From an uncultured Verrucomicrobiae bacterium (GTDB lineage Bacteria; Verrucomicrobiota; Verrucomicrobiia; Limisphaerales; UBA11358), in the NCBI GenBank assembly GCA_963714695.1, contig CAVQPQ010000003.1:692493-756492 (forward strand): DNA of 64,000 nucleotides, read 5' to 3'. The notes beneath the pieces are model-generated. The model did not search any database. It was not told the origin of the DNA and saw only the letters and a list, made by a program, of their open reading frames with translations. Position 1 is the first letter of the stretch, and each line of letters starts with the position of its first letter. The translations under genes were made by a program, and so were the position numbers. This document shows, piece by piece, positions 17,660-26,894 of this stretch.

Positions 17660-17689
17660 TTTGATGGTTTGATTCGCTGTTTCTGAATT

Positions 17690-17866
17690 TCACTTTGGCC
17701 AGCCGCCCGGCGGTTTGCGCTTCTGCATCGCCACTCTCACCGCCGCTTTCCAGTTGCCGTCTATTTTCAATCGCTCCGGTTCCGGGCCGCGATCTGTGCG
17801 CCGGGCTTCCAGCGATGATTTTGGCTGGCTGGTATTTACGATTGCCTCTGGCTGTTTCTTTTTCAT
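17690..17866 (-). CDS. small basic hypothetical protein (58 aa, below the ORF-track cutoff)
   Basis: Hand translation gives MKKKQPEAIVNTSQPKSSLEARRTDRGPEPERLKIDGNWKAAVRVAMQKRKPPGGWPK-stop, from an ATG at 17866. The SD is weak. Confidence 0.3.
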   Translation of the reverse strand: MKKKQPEAIVNTSQPKSSLEARRTDRGPEPERLKIDGNWKAAVRVAMQKRKPPGGWPK

Positions 17867-17901
17867 AATCTCATTAAACCGTCATCCTACATGTAACCAT
17901 T

Positions 17902-18150
17902 ATGCTCACAATTCAGTTCAACATTGAAACCAATCTGAAAGATAAGCGAACGATTTCGTGCGTTGCTGGTGGAGCAGTCGCACGACATCTCACCGGCCTG
18001 CTCAAAGATATTAAAGACCCTGTCACAGGCGAGTCTCCGCAAGTCTTGATGTCTCCACATGAAGAAGGTATCAAGCTTTCTTTGCGGGGTTCAGCTTCCA
18101 CTTTAGCGGAAGCCGAGGTTCAGATTCGGGCAATGCTCGAATCTGAATAA
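17902..18150 (+). CDS. hypothetical protein
   Basis: 82-aa ORF in low-GC DNA. No motif was recognised. Confidence 0.2.
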   Translation: MLTIQFNIETNLKDKRTISCVAGGAVARHLTGLLKDIKDPVTGESPQVLMSPHEEGIKLSLRGSASTLAEAEVQIRAMLESE

Positions 18151-18488
18151 GGATTTCAAGCGTTTTGCGGCGCGTGATTTTCTTTCGTTTTTTCATAATT
18201 GAGAACCCTTTTTATCTCGTTTGCGTCGAAAAACCCTCCACCCAAGAGAAGGGTGCATGGGATACATGGTTCGTTTTTCTACAAACGCTAAAAGATAACC
18301 CAAAAATAACCGTAACATCAAAATCATTGAGCGAAAGTCTTTGGTTGTTTCCCGCCAAAAGTGGCGTGCTGCGGCTAAGTCGCTTTCTGGAGTTGTGCGA
18401 TAAGTGTTACGTAAAACCAAAGGTGTTTTTTCTTCAGTCGGAACCTGAAATTTGTGAGTGAACTGTTTCATAATTCACCCCGCATAAA

Positions 18489-18884
18489 ATGGACGCATAT
18501 AGCAACCCGGCACCGATAGCAACCGTTGAGCAGTTCAAGACCGCTTTGCTGGTGGTGCGAGATCGGATTGGCATAACTCCAAAAGAATTGGCGCTGCTTA
18601 GAACACACTGCCGCGCACCCAAGCACACAATTTCCACCGTCAAGCTTGCGAAGGAACTTGATTATCCAAATCACAGCACCGTCAACATGCACTATGGCGC
18701 GCTGGCGCATCATATCGCCGATGCGCTCCATCACGTTCCGCCACCAATCCCCGGCGGTGAGGCGCACTGGTGGCGCACACTGGCTTATGGAAACGATGAA
18801 GTGCCGCAGACAGATGACGGCCATTACGAATGGATTATGAGGCCGGAACTTGTTCGGGCACTTCAAGAGATGAAATGGGCGTGA
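18489..18884 (+). CDS. hypothetical protein resembling the N-terminal domain of COG3183-type HNH endonucleases, without the HNH domain
   Basis: 131-aa ORF with the pattern LRTHCRAPKHTISTVKLAKELDY....VNMHYGALAHHIADAL....WW..LA....HYEWIMRPELVRALQEMKW. From memory, this pattern precedes an HNH nuclease module in other bacteria. Here the ORF ends before any HNH motif. Confidence 0.5.
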   Translation: MDAYSNPAPIATVEQFKTALLVVRDRIGITPKELALLRTHCRAPKHTISTVKLAKELDYPNHSTVNMHYGALAHHIADALHHVPPPIPGGEAHWWRTLAYGNDEVPQTDDGHYEWIMRPELVRALQEMKWA

Positions 18885-18970
18885 TTTCATTTGTTTTTGT
18901 CGTTTGACAACTCTTCATCTTTGGCGTTCTGATTGCCCGTCACGCGGAAACGTATAACCGAAAAATAAAC

Positions 18971-19129
18971 CATGAATGAAGACCCAAAAACAATAGCGGA
19001 ACTCCGTGAACAAATTACGGAGCTTAAGAAACGCATAAAGGATTTGGAGACGAAAGAGAATGAGACGCAATCGGCGCTTCTCACTTTGAAACGGCAAGTT
19101 GAAAGTCTTGCGGCAACGTCCGGCAAATG
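18971..19129 (+). CDS. 52-aa coiled-coil micro-ORF
   Basis: Hand translation gives MNEDPKTIAELREQITELKKRIKDLETKENETQSALLTLKRQVESLAATSGK-stop. It shows heptad-like periodicity. It is not in the ORF track because it is shorter than 60 aa. Confidence 0.2.
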
Positions 19130-19303
19130 ATTCGATCCACGCGCTCATTTTTCACCCCCACGCGCTAACCTTTGATTTCCGGCTAATTCCGGCCTGTTCC
19201 AACCTATTCCACCCCTTGCGTAATCTTTACACTTCCGAAAATGAATTCACCCGCAAGCAGAGTCAAATGGGAACGCACCAATTCGAGGCGCGTTTGCAGA
19301 ACA

Positions 19304-19517
19304 ACTCCGTCAGGAGCGACATCTTTGTAGAAACCAGGACCAATAAAATCTCCAGCCCCGTCGGAGCGGCATATTTCGTCTTTGTTGGAGTTCACGCTTC
19401 AGCGTGTCCGCCCCCCAAACAAGCTAAAGCTTGAACTCCAACCTGTGATACCGCTCCTGACGGAGCTTGAAAACCTCTTTTGTCCGGGTTCTACAAAGAT
19501 GCCGCGCCTCCGGCGCT
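19304..19517. repeat. composite ~215-bp inverted repeat built from four related ~35-nt units (MITE/REP-like)
   Basis: The four units are at 19304-19337, 19351-19393, 19431-19465 and 19483-19516. The reverse complement of unit 1 shares TTCTACAAAGATG with unit 4. The reverse complement of unit 2 shares TGAACTCCAAC with unit 3. All four carry a CCGCTCC(T)GACGG(A/G)G-like core. Confidence 0.7.
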
Positions 19518-19644
19518 GGGGCAGGCCGGTTACAACAAACAAGGTTATGTGGTGGTTGACGATGTTTCTCCGCAAGGGCGCGTGACGACGCTTGAAGAAA
19601 TTCAGAAGCTGCTCGATGACCCAAACAGCGTTCTTAACAAGGAA

Positions 19645-19848
19645 TTATAACTTTTGGCTAGTTATCTGGATAAGTCCCATTATTTTGGACTTTGCATTTG
19701 TGGGGTCACCCTTCTTAAGAATTTCATCAATGCCTTTTAGAACGATTGGGCGATTGTTAAATGCGGCTTCTGGCGGAACGTGCTCATAGGACAACTTTCC
19801 GAACTTTCCACAGATGTGACATTCTCCTTCTTTGGATTTACGCGCCAT
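19645..19848 (-). pseudogene. N-terminal fragment of an HNH-type endonuclease
   Basis: 67-aa ORF with CHICGKFGKLSYEHVPPEAAFNN (C..C ... EH.PP pattern). It is far shorter than functional HNH_5-type proteins and lies in a low-GC context. Confidence 0.45.
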
Positions 19849-19885
19849 GTGTCACCAATAATTTTAGCAGCTTTCTGCACGACTA

Positions 19886-20659
19886 CTATAACCGCACCGG
19901 AATATTTTTCTCCGCCAAATATTTCTTCACGTCGCCGACCGTGTAGGTGCCGAAATGGAAAATGCTCGCGGCGAGGACGGCATCAGCCCGGCCTTCGAGC
20001 AGCACCTCGGCCATGTGCTCCAAACTGCCCGCGCCGCCGCTGGCCACCACCGGCACGCCTACCGATTCGCTGATGCGCCGCGTGATGACGAGATCAAACC
20101 CGGTTTTCATGCCGTCGGCGTCAATGCTGTTCAAAACAATTTCGCCCGCACCAAGCGACACGGCGCGTTTGGCCCACTCCACGGCGTCGAGGCCGGTGTT
20201 TTTGCGCGCGCCGTGTGAGAAAACGCCCCATTTGTCCGGCGCGATTTTCTTTGCGTCAATTGAAACCACAATGCACTGGCTGCCAAATTTTTCCGCCCCG
20301 GCCCGGATCAAATCGGGATTGGCGAGCGCCGAGGAGTTGATGCTGATTTTGTCCGCCCCGGCCCGCAGCATCGTGAACATATCGTCCACGGACTTGATGC
20401 CGCCGCCGACGGTGAGCGGCATGAAACATTGGTCGGCGGTGCGCTGGATGACATCCACCATCGTTGCCCGGCCATGCGCGGTGGCGGTGATGTCGAAGAA
20501 CACCATTTCGTCCGCGCCCTGCTCGTTGTAGCGGAGCGCGAGCGCGACGGGGTCGCCGACGTTGCGCAGTTCGCCCGCCTCGGCTTTGCCGAATTGGACG
20601 CCGCGCGTGACCTTGCCGTCGTGGACATCCAGGCACGGAATGACTCGTTTGGCGATCAT
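19886..20659 (-). CDS. hisF: imidazole glycerol phosphate synthase, cyclase subunit
   Basis: From the internal ATG at 20659: [23 protein letters not shown]...LTVGGGI...VVASGGAG. These are canonical HisF motifs. Confidence 0.95.
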   Translation of the reverse strand: MIAKRVIPCLDVHDGKVTRGVQFGKAEAGELRNVGDPVALALRYNEQGADEMVFFDITATAHGRATMVDVIQRTADQCFMPLTVGGGIKSVDDMFTMLRAGADKISINSSALANPDLIRAGAEKFGSQCIVVSIDAKKIAPDKWGVFSHGARKNTGLDAVEWAKRAVSLGAGEIVLNSIDADGMKTGFDLVITRRISESVGVPVVASGGAGSLEHMAEVLLEGRADAVLAASIFHFGTYTVGDVKKYLAEKNIPVRL

Positions 20660-20833
20660 GGTTTCATTGAAACGCGGCGGGCGGCACAAGGCAACTCATT
20701 CCGGCGGGTTGAACTTTTTCGTTTGGTTGCCGGGAGTGCCGGGAATTTCTGCCGTTGAGAATTTCCTTGACGCTGGGCTTCAAGAAATTAAGGTAGGCGC
20801 CCTAAAGTGAGTTGTTTCAAATCAAAAAAGGCT

Positions 20834-21247
20834 ATGAAATTTTATCTTCTCATCCTCACCGGCTTTGTTTCGTTGTCGTGTGGATGGCTGCTCACCGGCT
20901 GCACCGACACCGAGTACGGCCACACCAGCCCTTATCAGCCCGGCCCGGTCGTGGGCAAATCCGTAGGCAGTGCCGCCGGAGTCGTCGCGGGCAACGCCGT
21001 CGGCCTCGGCTTTGGGACGGTTGAAGGCGCCGCCCATGGCGTCGCCGCGCCGTTCGATCCCAGCTACCACATGGTGCGCCAATGGCGCATGGAAACCACG
21101 GCGGATGGCCGTACGATTCATGTGCCGTATGACATTTTAGTGGATCAATATGGCCGCCCCGTGAAGATGCCGGCGCCGACGGGAAATCCCGCCCCACCGC
21201 CGGTCGCCCCGCCGCCGCCGCCAGCAACAAACGCCGCCCCCCAATAA
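20834..21247 (+). CDS. lipoprotein with glycine-zipper segment and Pro-rich C-terminus
   Basis: An ATG at 20834 gives a signal peptide plus lipobox (FVSLSCGWLLTGC). A Gly/Ala zipper follows (GKSVGSAAGVVAGNAVGLGFGTVEGAAHG), and the tail reads PAPPPVAPPPPP. Confidence 0.6.
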   Translation: MKFYLLILTGFVSLSCGWLLTGCTDTEYGHTSPYQPGPVVGKSVGSAAGVVAGNAVGLGFGTVEGAAHGVAAPFDPSYHMVRQWRMETTADGRTIHVPYDILVDQYGRPVKMPAPTGNPAPPPVAPPPPPATNAAPQ

Positions 21248-21275
21248 AATTTGGAAACCGGAAACCGATCAAACC

Positions 21276-22490
21276 ATGAAAATACTAAAACATTTGTTTC
21301 TGTCGGCGCTATTGGCCGGTTCTCTGCCCGGTGTTGTTCGTGCCCAAACCAATTCCATCGAAACGGATGCGAATCTCAAGGACACCACCACCCACGTCGT
21401 CGTGGAGCGGAAGGTGATTGAAACCACCAAGACTTATCAGCAGGACACGCCGCGCGACGTGCAGCGCAAAATCGCCATCATCGTGCAAAATCGCGGCTCC
21501 GCAGCGCTCAACGACAAGGTTCCGGTGCTGGAAGACCTGGTGAGCAGCCGCGTGGCGGGCAAAGGTTTTACCGTCCTCTCGCGCGATGATGTCACGCGGT
21601 CACTGAAGGATTATTCCACCGGCAAGGATCCCAACGGCGAGCTGGGCGCATTGGACCGTTCGCTGGAAGACAACAGTTCCGCGCTGCGGCTCGCGCAGAA
21701 TCTGGGCGCGGATTACATTCTGGTTCCTTCCATTGTCAGCCTTGGCACGGAAAAGAAAAACTATTCCGGCAACGGCATCAATACGTTGAACATCACGCAC
21801 CGGCTTCGCGTGACCTACAAAATCGTGGAGGCGGGCCAGGGCGGTGCGGTGCGCGGCGGCGCGTTCACCTCGGAAAAAACCCTCCGGCAGACGCCGGATT
21901 TGCAGACGGACAGCAACGATGTGATCAACGATCTGCTCGATGACGCGGCGGAACAACTGGCCGATGCCATCGTGAAAAACGCCACGTCGCTGCCGGCGGA
22001 AGTGGCGAAGGCAGCGATGGTCAACTTCAACGTGAGTTGCTCGATGACCGATCCGCGCCAGCAGCCGATTTTGATCTCCGCGCTCGGCATCACCGCCGAC
22101 AACCATGTCGTGTTGACCAATCAACCCATTGCCGTCCAGGCGATGGACGTGACGGTGGAATTGGACGGAGTTGCGCTCGGCTCCGCGCCCGGATCATTCC
22201 AAGGGCGTCCGGGCTTGCACAAAATCCGCCTGTCGCGTGAAGGTTTTGATCCTTGGGAACGCACGGTCAACATTTATGAAGGCCAGAATCTGCGCGTGGC
22301 CTTGCAGATGAGCAACGCCGGCTATGCGCGTTGGGCGGACACGACGGCCTTTCTGGCCACGCTGGATGCGAACCGCAAATTGACCGACGCCGAGGTGAAA
22401 CGCATCGAAGGCATTGCCGAATTCTTCAAGAACAGCCATTATCGGGTGGACACGAAGGAAAACATCAAAATTTACAAGAGCCTATACTAA
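21276..22490 (+). CDS. secreted protein with CsgG/LpoB-like N-terminal module and C-terminal PEGA domain
   Basis: Signal peptide (LSALLAGSLPGVVRAQ). The N-terminal pattern KIAIIVQNRG...LEDLVSSRVAGKGFTVLSRDDV...LGADYILVPSIVS resembles the CsgG/LpoB fold. A PEGA-like segment is present (VTVELDGVALGSAPGSFQGRPGLHKIRLSREGFDPWERTVNIYEGQNLRVALQM). Confidence 0.65.
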   Translation: MKILKHLFLSALLAGSLPGVVRAQTNSIETDANLKDTTTHVVVERKVIETTKTYQQDTPRDVQRKIAIIVQNRGSAALNDKVPVLEDLVSSRVAGKGFTVLSRDDVTRSLKDYSTGKDPNGELGALDRSLEDNSSALRLAQNLGADYILVPSIVSLGTEKKNYSGNGINTLNITHRLRVTYKIVEAGQGGAVRGGAFTSEKTLRQTPDLQTDSNDVINDLLDDAAEQLADAIVKNATSLPAEVAKAAMVNFNVSCSMTDPRQQPILISALGITADNHVVLTNQPIAVQAMDVTVELDGVALGSAPGSFQGRPGLHKIRLSREGFDPWERTVNIYEGQNLRVALQMSNAGYARWADTTAFLATLDANRKLTDAEVKRIEGIAEFFKNSHYRVDTKENIKIYKSLY

Positions 22491-22514
22491 AGCCTTAACC
22501 AAAAAACTGAATCT

Positions 22515-23420
22515 ATGAACCTTCAATCATTACGCAATATCGGTTTGGGAATTTTGAGTCTGGCACTGGTTCCCGCCATCGTTTCCGCCCAGGAAGGCAA
22601 GTCCACGCTGGCCGTGTCCTCCATCAAACCCACGCCGTCGCTGGCGGCTTCAGTCAAGCCGGACAAAAAACTGGAAATGAGCCGCATCATCGAATCGCTC
22701 GACAGCCAGCTCGTTGACCGCATCAACGCGACGCGAAAGTTCGACGTTGTCGGCCGCAGCGACTTGAACGACATCATCAAGGAGCAGGACCTCGGCGCGT
22801 CCGGCAACGTGGATGCCAACACCGCCGCCAAAGCCGGCAAACTGACCGGCGCGAAATATCTGCTGGTGACAACCGTGGACGATTTCCAGGATTACGTTGA
22901 GAAGGCCACGTTTGAAGGCACGGGCCGCAGCGCCACCAAGCGCGTCTTCCGCCTGTCGGTCGTGGGAAAAGTCTATGATTCCAGCACCGGCAAATTGCTG
23001 GAGTCGGCGAATTTCCAGACCGGCAACGACGCGTTCAAGCAAATTCAGGAGGAACGCAATTACTCCGTCAAGGACGGCGAGTTGAGTGACGAAATGATGG
23101 TCGCCGTTTCGCGGGACATGGCTCAGAAAATCGCCAATCATGTCGCCGATGTCATTTTCCCGGCGAAGGTCCTTGTCAAGCGTGACAACGAAGTTACGAT
23201 CAATCGCGGCGAAGGCGGCGGCGTGGCCGTTGGCGACACGTTCAACGTGTTTGCCTTGGGCCAGGAGTTGATTGATCCGGACACCAAGGAATTCCTCGGT
23301 CGTGAAGAGGCAAAGGTGGGCCGAGTGAAGATCACCCAGGTCAACCCGAAGACTTCGACGGCGCAAATTTTGGAAGACACCGGCATTGACAAGGGCGCGA
23401 TCCTGAGAAAACCGCAGTAA
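22515..23420 (+). CDS. CsgG-family-like periplasmic/outer-membrane protein
   Basis: Signal peptide (LGILSLALVPAIVSAQ). CsgG-like pattern: FDVVGRSDLNDIIKEQDLGASGNVD...AGKLTGAKYLLVTTVDDF. The C-terminal module looks OB/SH3-like (TINRGEGGGVAVGDTFNVF...GRVKITQVNPKTSTAQI). Confidence 0.65.
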   Translation: MNLQSLRNIGLGILSLALVPAIVSAQEGKSTLAVSSIKPTPSLAASVKPDKKLEMSRIIESLDSQLVDRINATRKFDVVGRSDLNDIIKEQDLGASGNVDANTAAKAGKLTGAKYLLVTTVDDFQDYVEKATFEGTGRSATKRVFRLSVVGKVYDSSTGKLLESANFQTGNDAFKQIQEERNYSVKDGELSDEMMVAVSRDMAQKIANHVADVIFPAKVLVKRDNEVTINRGEGGGVAVGDTFNVFALGQELIDPDTKEFLGREEAKVGRVKITQVNPKTSTAQILEDTGIDKGAILRKPQ

Positions 23421-23441
23421 ATCCCATCGGAAGGAATCAAA

Positions 23442-24863
23442 GTGACACCACTCAAGCGAGTTGCACGCAAACGAAGCATCCAACCGCTCCTTTTCGCCGC
23501 AGCCATCAGTCTGCTGGCAACGGGTTGCCGGACTTACGAACAACAAAATCGCGTCATTCAGTATTGGCATCAAGGCAACCTGCCGAGCGCAGCAGCCGAA
23601 GCCACCAAGAGGGCCGACCAAAACGCCAATGACAAGGACACCATCGTCTGGCGGCTGGAACAGGGTGCGGTGCTGCGCGGCAATGGCCAGTGCGAAGCCA
23701 GCAACAAAGCGTTCGATCAGGCACAGGATCGCATTGACCAATACTCGCAGGAAGCCAAGGTAAAAATCGGCAACGAGGCCGGCGCTCTTCTTTCCAACCA
23801 GGCCAACCTGCCCTACACCGGCCGCGCCTACGACGGCATCATGCTGAACACCTATAAGGCGCTGAATTATCTTCAACTGGGCGAAACCGACAAGGCCCGC
23901 GTGGAACTCATCCGCGCCTACCAGCGCCAGCAGGACGCTGTTGCCGACAATCAACGGCGCATCGAAAAAGTCCAGGAAGAAGCCGCCAAGAGCAAGGACA
24001 AAGCGACGATGGACAAGGCGGAACAGGATCCGAAATTCAAATCCCAAATGCAGGGCGCTTACACCGATATTGGTAATCTCAAAGCCTATGCCAACTACGT
24101 CAACCCGTTCACCGTTTATCTCGACGGCCTGTATTTCATGGCCGATGCCGTGGACGCCTCGGATTTGGAGCGCGCCCGCAAATCATTCGAGCGCGTTGTG
24201 GGATTTGATCCGGGCAACGAGTACGTCAAACAGGATCTGGCCACGGTGGACGATTTGATGAACGGCAAACCGCTGCCGCCGACGACCTACGTAATTTTTG
24301 AAACTGGCTGCGCGCCCTTGCGCGATCAAATTCGCATAGACATTCCGATCATTGTCACCAAGGTGTCCTACGTCGGCGCGGCATTCCCCACTCTCAAGCT
24401 CCAGGATAATTACGTTCCCGCCCTGACCGTGACGGCCAACGGCACGAGCCAGGCCACCGAGCTGGTGGCCAGCATGGACAGTGTCATCAGCCTCGATTTC
24501 AAAAACGAATTGCCGGTGGTCATCACCAAGACCATCGCCGCCACTGTGACCAAGGCGGTGGCCGCCTACGCCGCCAACCAGGCCGCCAATCAGCAGGGGG
24601 AGTGGGCCGGGCTGCTCATGCAGATCGGCACCGCCGGTTACCAAATGGCCGTCAACATTGCCGACACCCGCACTTGGACGACGCTGCCGAAGGAATTCCA
24701 GGTCTGCCGCATCCCGACGCCGCCGGACCGCAAAATTGAACTGACTGCCGGGGGCTCGCAAAAAACATCGGTGACAATCACCGATGGCACGGTTAACATC
24801 GTTTATGTCAAGTCCATCAATCCCGGCACGCTGTTGTTGGTGACACAAATAAAATTGAAATGA
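23442..24863 (+). CDS. large lipoprotein, COG3014-like with TPR-like N-terminal region
   Basis: GTG start with signal peptide and lipobox (LLFAAAISLLATGC). The ORF is 473 aa, and its stop overlaps the next start (ATGA). The family guess rests on size, context (upstream of YcfL-like and LpoB-like genes) and helical-repeat composition. Confidence 0.6.
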   Translation: MTPLKRVARKRSIQPLLFAAAISLLATGCRTYEQQNRVIQYWHQGNLPSAAAEATKRADQNANDKDTIVWRLEQGAVLRGNGQCEASNKAFDQAQDRIDQYSQEAKVKIGNEAGALLSNQANLPYTGRAYDGIMLNTYKALNYLQLGETDKARVELIRAYQRQQDAVADNQRRIEKVQEEAAKSKDKATMDKAEQDPKFKSQMQGAYTDIGNLKAYANYVNPFTVYLDGLYFMADAVDASDLERARKSFERVVGFDPGNEYVKQDLATVDDLMNGKPLPPTTYVIFETGCAPLRDQIRIDIPIIVTKVSYVGAAFPTLKLQDNYVPALTVTANGTSQATELVASMDSVISLDFKNELPVVITKTIAATVTKAVAAYAANQAANQQGEWAGLLMQIGTAGYQMAVNIADTRTWTTLPKEFQVCRIPTPPDRKIELTAGGSQKTSVTITDGTVNIVYVKSINPGTLLLVTQIKLK

Positions 24864-25276
24864 AAACGCAAATTCTCCTCCTGCTGGCCGGCGTCGGCCT
24901 GTTCGCCTTGTCCGGCTGCACTACTGTCAACACCGTTGAAAACGCGCAGAAAGAAGGCCAGCGCCAAATGGTCACCGACCAGCGTGCCATTACTGACGCC
25001 AGCCTCAACCGGAAAGTTTTCATTGTTGGCGTCAACCAGTCCATGACGCCCGGCGGCGTGTTAAAAGTCCAGGTGGAACTGCAAAACCGCACCAGTTCGC
25101 TGCAAAGGTTCAACTACCGCTTCGAATGGTTCGACGCCAACGGCATGCAGGTCAATACCGTTGCCTCGGCGCTCCTACCGGATCAGATCGAAGGCCAGGA
25201 AAGCAAATTCATCATTGGCGTCGCGCCCAACTCGAATTGCAAGGATTTCCGCGTCAAATTCATCGAAGCCCAATAA
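24860..25276 (+). CDS. YcfL-like (DUF1425) lipoprotein
   Basis: 138-aa ORF with a lipobox (GLFALSGC). Beta-sandwich-like sequence follows, with VLKVQVELQNRTSSLQRFNYRFEWFDANGMQV typical of YcfL-family proteins. Confidence 0.65.
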   Translation: MKTQILLLLAGVGLFALSGCTTVNTVENAQKEGQRQMVTDQRAITDASLNRKVFIVGVNQSMTPGGVLKVQVELQNRTSSLQRFNYRFEWFDANGMQVNTVASALLPDQIEGQESKFIIGVAPNSNCKDFRVKFIEAQ

Positions 25277-25298
25277 TAACCGTCAACCGCAAACCATT

Positions 25299-25892
25299 AT
25301 GAAATCAAAAATCATCTTTTCACTCCTCGCCGTCCTTCCGTTCGCCATCGGCGGCTGCGCCACCAACGCGCATTATGTCGAGACCGGCGGCCGCGAAAAT
25401 GTCGTCAGCGTCAATCAAATCAACATCCAAGATTACATCCAGGCCGCCAACGCCGCGACGAGTGACCTGCTGGCGTCCGGCGCGCTGGACCGCGTCCCGA
25501 ACCCGCCGGCGGTGCTCGCCATCAGCCGCATCGTCAACAACACCGGCCAGCAGATAGATACCGACCTGCTCGTTAAAAAAATTCGCGTCGCCGTGTTGAA
25601 CAGTGGCAAGGCCCAAACCACCACCACCATGGGATTGGGCGGCACGGCCGAGGACCCAATGGCGAAGGGTCTCCAGCAGGAAAACGAATTCATGAGTGAC
25701 CAGAAGACCACGCGTAAACCGGACTTCACCCTGTCCGGCAAGATCATCGAAACCACCGCGCGGGCTGGCAACACCCACCAGTCCACCTACAGCTTCCAGC
25801 TTTCGCTGACCGACGCCAAAACCGGCCTCGCCGTCTGGGAAGGCGAAAAGGAAATCACCAAGCAAGGCACGCGCTCGTCTGTTGGCTTCTGA
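25299..25892 (+). CDS. LpoB-like (COG3417) lipoprotein
   Basis: An internal ATG at 25299 gives MKSKIIFSLLAVLPFAIGGC (lipobox). The core VLAISRIVNNTGQQIDTDLLVKKIRVAVLNSGKA matches the LpoB/YcfM family pattern. Confidence 0.65.
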   Translation: MKSKIIFSLLAVLPFAIGGCATNAHYVETGGRENVVSVNQINIQDYIQAANAATSDLLASGALDRVPNPPAVLAISRIVNNTGQQIDTDLLVKKIRVAVLNSGKAQTTTTMGLGGTAEDPMAKGLQQENEFMSDQKTTRKPDFTLSGKIIETTARAGNTHQSTYSFQLSLTDAKTGLAVWEGEKEITKQGTRSSVGF

Positions 25893-25912
25893 TGGCGATT
25901 AGAGTTCGTTTC

Positions 25913-25951
25913 AGCGCCGGTTGGGACTCCCCTAGCCGGCGTTTTTATTTT
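25913..25951 (+). terminator. Rho-independent terminator after the LpoB-like gene
   Basis: A CGCCGG stem (25915-25920) pairs with CCGGCG (25936-25941) around a GC-rich loop, and is followed by TTTTTATTTT. Confidence 0.6.
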
Positions 25952-26071
25952 GCTGGTTGCTGAAACTTATTTGTCCCACCCACCGTCTTAATAACCGGCC
26001 AAGGCAGATTGATTTTTGAATATGAAAATGCCGTTGGTTGTCATGATAAAATGAAAACGGATTATTGAATT

Positions 26072-26809
26072 ATGAAACCACAGGTTTTGACTTTGAATTT
26101 GGCTTTGGCGGCTTCGGTCGTCGTGTTGACGGGATGCCAGAATCCCGATGGCACGCAAAACAACACCGGTTCCGGCGCGTTGATCGGCGGCGCGATGGGT
26201 GCGGTCACCGGTGCGGCCATCGGCGGTTCGCGGCACGGCGGGGAGGATGCGCTGATTGGCGCGGTCGCGGGAGCGCTGGCCGGCGGACTGATCGGAAATT
26301 CCATGGATCAGGAGCAACAGGCGCGGTTGCGGGCGCAATCTCCCCAAACTTATGTGCGGGTGGATCAGGGACAGCCGTTGAGCGTGGGGGACGTCAAGGC
26401 GTTGGCTGCAGCGGGAGCCGGCGACAATGTCATCATCAGCCAGATTCGCAGTTCGCGCACGATCTATCATCTCAGCGCGGCGGACATCATTGATTTGCGC
26501 AATGCCGGGGTGAGCAATCCGGTTATTGATTTTATGATTAATACGCCGGGAATTAATGGTGCCATGCCTGCGCCGCAGGCGAGCACAGTGGTCATCGCCC
26601 AACCGCCGCCACCTCCACCGGCAGAAACGGTCGTTGTTGCGCCCGGACCGGGCTACGTCTGGATTGGTGGCGAATGGGCGTGGAATGGCGGATGGATTTG
26701 GGTGGGTGGTCACTGGGTTTATCCGCCTTATCCTCATGCCGTTTGGGTTCGCGGCTATTGGGGAAGAGACCCTCATGGCTGGTACAGAGTGCAGGGACAC
26801 TGGCATTAA
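26072..26809 (+). CDS. lipoprotein with glycine zipper and C-terminal W/G/Y-rich (YXWGXW-like) repeats
   Basis: Lipobox (SVVVLTGC). Gly zipper ([41 protein letters not shown]). The C-terminus reads [51 protein letters not shown]. Confidence 0.75.
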   Translation: MKPQVLTLNLALAASVVVLTGCQNPDGTQNNTGSGALIGGAMGAVTGAAIGGSRHGGEDALIGAVAGALAGGLIGNSMDQEQQARLRAQSPQTYVRVDQGQPLSVGDVKALAAAGAGDNVIISQIRSSRTIYHLSAADIIDLRNAGVSNPVIDFMINTPGINGAMPAPQASTVVIAQPPPPPPAETVVVAPGPGYVWIGGEWAWNGGWIWVGGHWVYPPYPHAVWVRGYWGRDPHGWYRVQGHWH

Positions 26810-26894
26810 TTCCCGCCCGATTGAATTTCGCGGCTTTCGCTCGCGCTGAAACTTGTTTACTTTGCCGTCCGCCGAAATATATTGGCGCATGGTT

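Noticed and set aside
19304-19517. A CRISPR array. I also considered this for the repeat clusters at 32561-32781 and 41688-41829.
   Set aside because: The units are in mixed orientation, imperfect, irregularly spaced and too few. No cas genes are present in the window.
19886-20659. hisF standing alone without hisA/hisH neighbours, as a possible sign of rearrangement.
   Set aside because: Dispersed his genes are common in many phyla. Nothing in the sequence itself is abnormal.
22650-24047. A 465-aa minus-strand ORF spanning the CsgG-like and COG3014-like genes.
   Set aside because: It crosses the boundary between two plus-strand genes that have signal peptides or lipoboxes. It is a shadow ORF.
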